A DNA stretch of 56,888 nt, counting the filler, from Porpidia crustulata (lineage: Eukaryota), in the NCBI GenBank assembly GCA_964255105.1. It is 7 parts of 7 records of this genome, joined end to end, with 100 filler letters (N's around TTAATTAATTAA, not from the genome) between each part and the next. Parts side by side here need not be neighbours in the genome. Positions count along the whole stretch, not along the records: positions 48,865 to 56,888 come from CAXUWE010001192.1; 6 more parts are not named here. One strand, 5' to 3'. Position 1 is the stretch's first letter, and each line of letters opens with the position of its first letter. The notes under the pieces are model-generated. The model searched no databases. It worked only from the letters and a program-made list of their open reading frames with translations, and had not been told where the DNA came from. A program made the translations under genes and the position numbers. Positions 48,865-56,888 of this stretch are shown here, piece after piece.

Positions 48865-51800
48865 TCGTAAGGGCGGGAATTGTAGGGATCCTGTTGCTGC
48901 TGTTGAGGTGGTTGTGCGTGTTGAGGAGGTTGAGGCGGTTGCTGATAGGCTGGGGTGCGGGAGGAGGGATCGTAGGCCGGGGTTTTGCCGCCAGCGTTTG
49001 TGCTGAAGGGGTCGTTGTAGGTGGATGAGCCAGCAGTAGGGTTCCAGGCTGGAGTACGCTGGAGGATGATTAGTTTAGAGCGTCAAGGACAAGATGTGGG
49101 AAGATAGAGGACGTACGCCTCCGGCCATGCCACCACCGTAGACGGTTCTGGAGCCGTCGTAGGGGTTAACGGTTGCATTGCCTGCGGCGCCGCTATAGGC
49201 GGGTGTGCGAGCACCAGACATGGCATTTTGGCTCCATGCCGGGGTTCTTGCAGTCGAGCCACCTCCTTGCCATGCGGGTGCTGTCGGTTATTAGCAAAGA
49301 ACAAGGTACACGACGTTGTCGAGCTTACTTCTAGATCCGCCGGCGCCTGCCCAAGCTGGCGTACGCCCCCCGGCCCCACCAGGTACAGGAGTACGACTAC
49401 CACTCTGCCACTCGGGGACTCTTGAAGGCATACCACCTCCGAAGCCACCACGGTCCCCAAATCCTCGACCACGTCCTCCAGTAAAACGTGCGTAGTCAAT
49501 GTTCTGCCCGGTCAGAGCACTTACAAATGTCAGCGTAATTTATTAGATCATAAGGAACTTGAAACGTACTCTTTGAACCCCAGCGTGTCCTTGGGTACTG
49601 TAATAGTCCTGCCCTTGGTGTGTAATTCTACTCGTGCATCATTCTCGGTAGTATCCCTGACTATCCCAAGTAGGCCCTTGTATGGTCCGCGGCGGATGGT
49701 AATTGTCTGCCCCAATGCACGGTCTCGACCAAAAGATCTTGGAGGTGGCATAGCAACATTCCCGTTTGCGCCGTTTCTCTGTAAAGCCGGGTTCATCTTC
49801 GAGAGATTTGGTCCCGAGCCAGCACCTTGGGCAACTCTACCACCTTTAGCGGCAACAGTAGCTACATTGCTACCCCGAACTACAGCAATACCCGAATTCT
49901 CCGTCTGCTCGCGATTATGCAAGAAGAGAAAGGATCGGTAAATGTGTAAGATGACTCCCTGTTTCTGCTCACCACCAATTTCACGTACTGTATCCTCGGT
50001 GCGTATTTCGTTGCCATTGCGGTCCGTCGCAACTGCGTTCCTACGTCTTTCGATTTTGTTCGAAATCTGCGAGGGTAGAATCGATCGGATAGATCCATTT
50101 TGATCAAGCACTCGTAAAGATTCGCGATCCACTTTTATAACGCATCCCACTGTAGCGGCACTAGATTACGGTCAGTCATGTCACTTCTTGGCTCCCATCA
50201 GAATGACTTACTCGAGTTGCACCAGATCGTGTATATCATATCTCCCAAGTCCGCCGGCCACACCAGAGTCAGTGGCTTCTCTCAAATCTTTGCTGAACAC
50301 CGTAATCTCTTGCATGCTGAGATCGCTCAAGATGGTGACGGTATCATCTTTGATAGCGACTACCATACCAACCTCGTCACGATAACGGCTACCACCAATG
50401 ACTTTGACATGGTCTCCCTCTTTGAACCGTTTGCGAAGACCTTTGGCTGGCACTTCGATCGTTTGACCTCGAATCTCCCCGTCGGTAACACTCAATGTTA
50501 CAATGTCTCCACGTACTGAGATTGCTTTGCCAGAAACACCAGTTTGTTCACCTTCGTAAACCTCGACCATGTCACCAGGCAAATAGCTTTCATTTGCAGA
50601 ATTATTTTTGAGACTCTGTGCTAATGCCGCTAAGTCAAGGTTTTCGGTGCCATCCGCGGCACCTGCGGTAAACTTAGTGACTTCCTCTAGAGTCGGGTTG
50701 ACATTTTTAGTGATGAGGTGCTGGATTTTGTAGTCTTTAACCAAGTAGCCGTCGATGTAGGTGTCGTTCAGATACGTCCAATGTTTCTTGTTGAAAGTAG
50801 ACATTGACGAAAGGTATTTGCCGTGCTTCTTCTTGGCCTCGACATCGCTGAATAGCCGCTGCGGTGGCCGAGATGCAGGATTGGTCAACCCAAGTGCTTT
50901 TTGTCTCTTTCTTTTAGCGTCAGCTTTCAAATTGCCGTCAACCATTGGTGCGTTGGCATCTTCATTGAGACCATAATCAAGACGGGGGACTAATTTCAGA
51001 GTCACATCCAGCCCATTGGTCTCAACGTCATCGATTTGCGCAAGATCTCCAACGTATTTCCCCCGCTTGATTCGCACGTAGCCTCCAGGTTGCAGCTGCT
51101 CTGATTTGGTGACACGCAGAAGATCCTGCCGTTCAGCAATGGGGACTAACAGAACTTTGGTCCTGGGGTACACATTACTGATCCCGTCAAGTGCTTCAAA
51201 AATGTCTGCTTGCTTGCGGGCCTCGACATAGACGTATCCGATCATAGTCCCACCACGCTCCAAAGCGGAAATAATTGGCAAGGGATTTTTTGCCGACCTC
51301 TCTTCCATCCTCTTCGTGATTGCAAAGACAACTTCGCGCTCCTTTCCAGGCTTGCATTTGACACCCCATATGCTTGCGTCGTCAACATGCGGTAACAACA
51401 TGCGTTTGGGCACGTTCGCCGAGTCTCTTGTGACGGTTGTTCGCGATCGGCCATACAACTCCTTCAGTCGCTTAGCTTGCTTTTCCGCATCCATCTGCTG
51501 TGCACGTTCCCTCTGCCTGTCGAGTTCTCTATGCCGTCTATCATCGGTCTCGGCGCCGAGAGGAAGATCGTTTATATCGTCCGGGTGTGTATCAGCAATA
51601 AAAGGGTCAGCTTGTCCCTCCTCATCTTCCTCATCGCCCTCATCTTCCTCGTCCACTTCGGCTTCAACATCAAGGTACTGGTTCCTTGGATCCCGGCGGC
51701 TTCTCTTCCTTGGGCGACCCTGCAAAGCAAATTAGCGAGGCCTGAGGGCTTAAACTTAACCATTTAGACAAACCACTGCTTCCTCATCTTCCTCGTCTTC

Positions 51801-52145
51801 GTCGTCCTCATCATTATCAGCCCCATTGACGTCGTCCCCGGGGGAATCATTTATGTCTTCCTCATCTTCCTCTTCAACCCTACTCTCTTGATGACCTTTG
51901 GCTTGAAGCCCGTTCCCTCTCAAGGGTATATTTGCCTCTGTGCCATCCTCGCCATCGCCGTCTTCATTGTTCTTGCCCACTGATAGCTGCTTCTTACTGT
52001 TTCCGTTTGTAGCCGGCTTGGGGCTCACCTCATCGTCAGAATTGCCTGCTGCTTCGTTGTCAGAGTCGTCGGCAGGGGCAGGATTAAAATTGTCATCTTC
52101 AGATTCCGAGCCAAAGTCTTGGTTAAGAAGCGCAGCCGACGACAT
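48865..52145 (-). CDS. SPT5: Transcription elongation factor Spt5, 3'-partial, multi-exon
   Basis: Acidic N-terminus, [12 protein letters not shown] domain [23 protein letters not shown] motifs ([28 protein letters not shown]) and CTR repeats (RTPAW/RTPAY). Confidence 0.98.
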
Positions 52146-53871
52146 CGGAGGTGACTTCGATTTGGTGAAAAGGAATATGTGAAATCCTAATGCGTGGGCC
52201 TGAGATGGCGGACTTGAGCTTGCCTTTATTAAATATGAGGTGCTGTGAATGCCAAGCATTACAGTGATTGGACAAGTTTGTGCGGCTAATTACCTTAGAG
52301 TAGCCACGGAACACTTCCACTACTAGTACTTTTTGGGACATAGAAAGTCTCTACTCTTAGTTGCACGCTGGGCATTTGTATGTCGAGTAGTATTTCAATT
52401 CGATTTTCTGAATTCTTAATTGCACCTTATGAGCATAGATCACCTAACTTTCGCTGGCGTAGAACCCATTACGGACTCAGCCCAGTCACTTCCAGTGATG
52501 CTTGCGGTCTCCTGGAGAAGGAATAACACTTACAACGCAATTACATCCGAATCGTGTTTGCTTCCGAATTTGATGTAGCCCCTGTGATACAATGGGAGGG
52601 TTCAACACTCAGCATGAGGTCCAGATCCTAAAATTCACTGCATCTCAAATGTGATCTTGAAGCAGCCTCTACTCGTCCACAGGGCTGAAAGACTCAGGTG
52701 CTCTACAAATGGCTTTTTCCTTCAGCGTGAACCTTCTTGACCATATAGAAGTAAGTACACCGACAGTTGAAGAAAGGGCTAGTGGTGTCTCCTTCTTCTC
52801 CAATCCTCCAGATGGTTTCTGCGTTTGGCTTACTGGGTCGCCCGCAGAGACAGCGGTCTCATGGTATATTAATGTAGTACTTTCCAGAGCCCTCAATCGC
52901 AACGCTGCATCAGCGACTTTTGAAACATGGCAAATTAATTTTCATAAGCAACGATACCCGAATGACGCTACATAGGTGCCAGCATAGTCACGGGCTGTTG
53001 GCTCTTACGGTCCTGACGATACATCTCAGTCTGCCTTGAAGCTGCTGGTTCCCTCAAACGTGTAGTGGTGGACGCATCTATCGATCAGACACAGACAGTG
53101 CCGTAATGATTGAATGAAGTGCCACAACAAGCGCTGACTTTTGAGGGGTAACAATGGTCAGACTCGTATTCCCGCGAACTCAGTGCGTCCATCTTGAATT
53201 GCGTTTACCAGAGCCTCTCATGAGGTAGATTTTATGATGGCCTGTCAGTTGGGTCACGTCTCAATTTCACAAGCGATGTACAGGTTGATATGGGAGAACA
53301 CAATTGTAGATCGAAGAGTAATAAAAATACAATACCAATGTACGTACCTCAACCAGGCTCGGATGACAGACATCCACCAGGTAGGCTTGTTGCTCTAAGT
53401 AAGGCGTGGAGAGGCAGCGAATCCCGCCAAGCCGCGAAGTAGAAAGAGGAAATTGCTCGTTGGCGGAGTCCAACGTCTTAGCGCACGAGGAAGGCTTGGA
53501 TAGGTAGTTGGATAATGCCTACGATCCTACAATCAATAAATATCAGTCAACTACAGCTTAGTTACTTTACTGCTCCCGTCTGTTGCTGTAAATACGAGAT
53601 GAGTAAGTTAGAGGAGCGAAAGTGTGGGCACGCTTGGCTCGGCCTCCTAGGCTTGCCATCCTTATTCCTCATGGAGTCGTCTTAGGTGATTTAGGGATGC
53701 AAACCAACTCAACTGGTCGCTCAGCTATCTAAGAAGGGTCGGGCGGTGCTACTGCCATAGTATTAAATCTCGATTGAAGTAGTGCGGGTATGTCGGGGAT
53801 ATAAGAAATGTTCTCGCTGCTGGTATTGTTTGTTGAAATACAAGCAACCATTCGAATATCTCGTCTCCAAA

Positions 53872-54420
53872 ATGTCGTCCTCTTCCACCACTCTATTTCC
53901 CAATTATCAGGGATCCCCCTCACCGACTATTGCAACGTTGAACCCTCTCTTATGTCGAAGTCAAGATTCTCCTTTGCCACGACGGAGTCGCTCACCTAAT
54001 TTTCTTGCTTCTGTCAAAGGTCTGGTGCATCGATCACGATCACCCGCCCGACCACAAACCAGCAACGAAAGGGTCTGTGATGTACCTTCGATCCAGGAAT
54101 CCAGCAGTACTGAACGGTGTCTCTCTGTACCCTTCCCACATGAGGACTCACGTCCGCTAAGGCCCTCAACGCAAAGACGGCGAAAGCGACGCGAAAACGT
54201 CCCAAGCATGATCGACTATTTGACACTGTCGCAACTAGAGAACGTCTGGCATAGACAAGATACGTACAAGGGAGTTGTGTATGCACCCCAAAGAGCTCCT
54301 CAATGGAACGCTTTCATTTCAGGATTACGGAGCGAAGAACATCTCCAAACTCCGCACATAGAGGATCATCCGGCTTACCGGCGGTATAATCTCCATGACA
54401 ATCTAGCTCGCTCGAGGTGA
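53872..54420 (+). CDS. Hypothetical Ser/Arg/Pro-rich protein (182 aa)
   Basis: Good start context (CCAAAATGT). Disordered body with one structured-looking block, PSMIDYLTLSQLENVWHRQDTYKG. Confidence 0.55.
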   Translation: MSSSSTTLFPNYQGSPSPTIATLNPLLCRSQDSPLPRRSRSPNFLASVKGLVHRSRSPARPQTSNERVCDVPSIQESSSTERCLSVPFPHEDSRPLRPSTQRRRKRRENVPSMIDYLTLSQLENVWHRQDTYKGVVYAPQRAPQWNAFISGLRSEEHLQTPHIEDHPAYRRYNLHDNLARSR

Positions 54421-56206
54421 GCTGATGATTTTACACCCACAAGTCATTGGGTGCGACATTCGTGAATGAAGGCTAGCAAGACCGGATAGTCCGATATATC
54501 GATAGGATCTTCTTGACAGCCTTTGCAACTATCATACCGCAAACCCTTAGGCTCCCGCCTTGCAAAGCTGTTCTCGCAGCACACTATGCGCTTCAGGGTA
54601 CAAGTCTGCTCCCATATCGAAGAGGCGATCGACTGCTCCTCCCAGACTGTTAGGATCAAGGGGGAACAGCCGGCCCATGGGTAGAAATGTTCAATTTTCG
54701 CCGGCACGGAAATATCATCAAAGTCGACCAGTCACTTTGATACACATGAGATACCTTGGTTAGGGAATATGGAAGAGTGAACTAAGATCAAGGAAGGCTT
54801 TGAAGTAGCGATTCGTGGAGGATCTCATCGCCACAAACTACCCTGGCACAGCCACTCCAAAGGCGTGCCAGCCACTTGTAAATAGTTTATTTAATAACCC
54901 GCTATTGCACTGGAAATAGAACCATCCATGAGTAAAGAAGAATCGAGTTATTGTCGAGTACGATCTTAATTTCGAGCCAAAAGTCAAATGCAGAGCCCCA
55001 CGGCCTTTGAACTGATGATGGGATATATCTTGCCGTTTCGATTCAAAGAGTCAATGTAACATGTTACCAGCAATGACCCATTAGGTGAAATACTTTTCCG
55101 CGCATGATACCATTGTCCGTCGGCCGTCTACAATAACATTTTTCATTTGGAAAATAATCCCATCAAGTGTTGCGCAACTCGACTAATCCGAGTACAGAAT
55201 GCTCGCTTCCGATGACTTCTACGCGTATATCTTTCGCTACTCACAACGCTGATAAGTCGCTTCTCTCACTCTTGAATGACTTTAGATTTGCAACGAAGTG
55301 AAATCTCTGCTTGTCTAGCCACGATGGCGAATGAAGGAGTGTTCGCTGGTGGAAGCGTGGTGTGGCAACTCGTAATACAATCTTTCAGTCCACGCCCTGC
55401 ATCTACCGAAATAACTTCATCTGCGCTTCATCTCGGTGCTTTAGATTATATTTGGTTTTCCTGTTCTATTATCCTCTCTCTTATTCAAATTTTAATCCAG
55501 CGCTTAGTACCTTTACTTCATTTTCCACATTGTCGTGCAACCTGAGCGCTTAAAGTTGTCAGGATGTACACCGCTGCAGATGATCTCCATCTAGGCAGCG
55601 TAAATCTTTGCGAGCAAGATACAAGACATCTGTTCATTACGGCAAGATGGTTTCACAAGACGCGATTAACCGGTGTGGACCAACTCCACCGAAGCTCGCT
55701 ATATATAAGCGCCCCCCAACCAGTGGAGAAAAGCGAAGAAATGTTGATCAGGCGCTTGCCGACATGATATCACGGGGCACGGGTGGTCATTTAGCTGCCT
55801 CATATATGGTCTCTTCCTATCATCTCCTACAGCCTTGTCCAGCGGCAATCCTGGAGTGGGACGAAAAGATGCGTAAAATTCGAGATCGTCCCTATTGGCC
55901 CTCCCGCTCGAAAAGCTCCGACTGAGCCGGAATTGGCATGCACTTCACGCGCATGTCTTGTATTCATCAAGTATATGGAAAATGACTTATGAAGACTTTC
56001 CGACTTTCTTATTGCGCGCCCGGAGAGTGGGGAATCGTTCTCTTAATGGCCAAGACTTCATAATCTTGCTTACAGTATTGCATCGTGGAATCCCTCAGGT
56101 CTTAAGACATTCTAGCCTTAAGTCTGCTCACCGCCTCCTCTCTCTATAACAATCACATTCTGGTGTGGGCTTTGACGAGCTCTTGTTGTTCCGTCGTGAT
56201 GCAGCG

Positions 56207-56888
56207 ATGAAGTCCTATCTTGTAGTATCTATGCTATTGTCCCATCTATATTTCTCTTCTGTATTGGCTCTACATGTTGTACCGGGTTCAAACTGCACCT
56301 CTGTGTGCTCCCAGCTCATAGCAAACTCAGACACGACTGGCAGCGACATCATCTGCTATGACAAGAACTACAATACTACGGCCGTGGGAGCACTCTTCCA
56401 GGATTGCGTGGCATGTGAAGTCCAAAGCCAGACCTTTGATCACGTTACGGGACAGACAGACTTGGGGTGGGCGTTGTGTATGTATCACGATATTCATCCC
56501 TCGCAGTATCAACATAACGGTCGCTGATCCGAAATGCCAAAACCTAGTCAACATGCGATACGCTTTAGAGTGGTGTTCTACGGGCTTTCCAGAAACCATT
56601 AGCCAGAATACTTCAGATCCATGTAGCGGATCTTGTGCTCAGATTGCAAACTCTCTCAAGACGAACATTCTAACCCCGAATATCTCCACGCCTTATGATT
56701 ATTGTCAAGATCCTACGTTTGTACCGAACGTCGGCCAATGTGCCTCTTGCTATTCCGAGATACCAAACAAGCTTTATCTTTCTAATTGTAAGCCCGTTCC
56801 AAGCTTCCGATCCTATCATTATTTGTTAACAATGTGCAACAGTCCTCAATACCCTGAAGGCCGCCTGTATAGCCCAGCCCTCTCCTAC
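56207..56888 (+). CDS. Secreted Cys-rich protein of the fungal so-called LPXTG-domain family, 3'-partial
   Basis: Signal peptide, ALHVVPGSNCTSVC..T..SDIIC.D..Y..T..G..FQDCVAC..TDLGWAL|FNMRYALEWC..GFP..C..C..YDYC..C..C..YLSN|FLNTLKAAC, with two GT-AG introns. Confidence 0.8.

Noticed and set aside
52300..53700. Short ORFs upstream of SPT5 as genes or a pseudogene
   Set aside because: No recognisable motifs or consistent splice structure.

Overview
Eukaryotic, intron-rich filamentous ascomycete DNA (Pezizomycotina; the look is Lecanoromycete/lichen-fungus-like, but that is inference). The window is not one locus. It is seven contigs of 8053, 8049, 8045, 8041, 8039, 8037 and 8024 nt, joined in decreasing-length order by identical 100-nt spacers (N44-TTAATTAATTAA-N44), so gene order across spacers is meaningless. 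Contig 1: a six-exon SesB-like lipase/NACHT/ankyrin NLR-type gene and a low-complexity gene with a GC-AG intron. Contig 2: gene-poor, with a membrane-protein pseudogene and two partial ORFs. Contig 3: GRASP/GRH1 (partial), a GH31 alpha-glucosidase, a GPI cupredoxin and a Cys-rich GPI protein. Contig 4: Rab6 (partial), NOP53 and a large disordered protein. Contig 5: a LYS9 pseudogene, a derlin with an intronic H/ACA snoRNA candidate, CBF5, FYV10 and BMT5 (partial). Contig 6: a mitochondrial PPR protein, DUF866, taspase-1 and TFB4 (partial). Contig 7: SPT5 (partial) and two hypotheticals. The most notable observations are recurrent mirror-symmetric C/A-rich to G/T-rich skew islands overriding synonymous codon choice near contig breaks, a three-hairpin intronic H/ACA RNA with predicted LSU rRNA guide pockets, the decayed LYS9, and a cupredoxin with a Met-to-Gln axial ligand. 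All assignments come from manual translation, splicing and motif recognition; no database searches were run.
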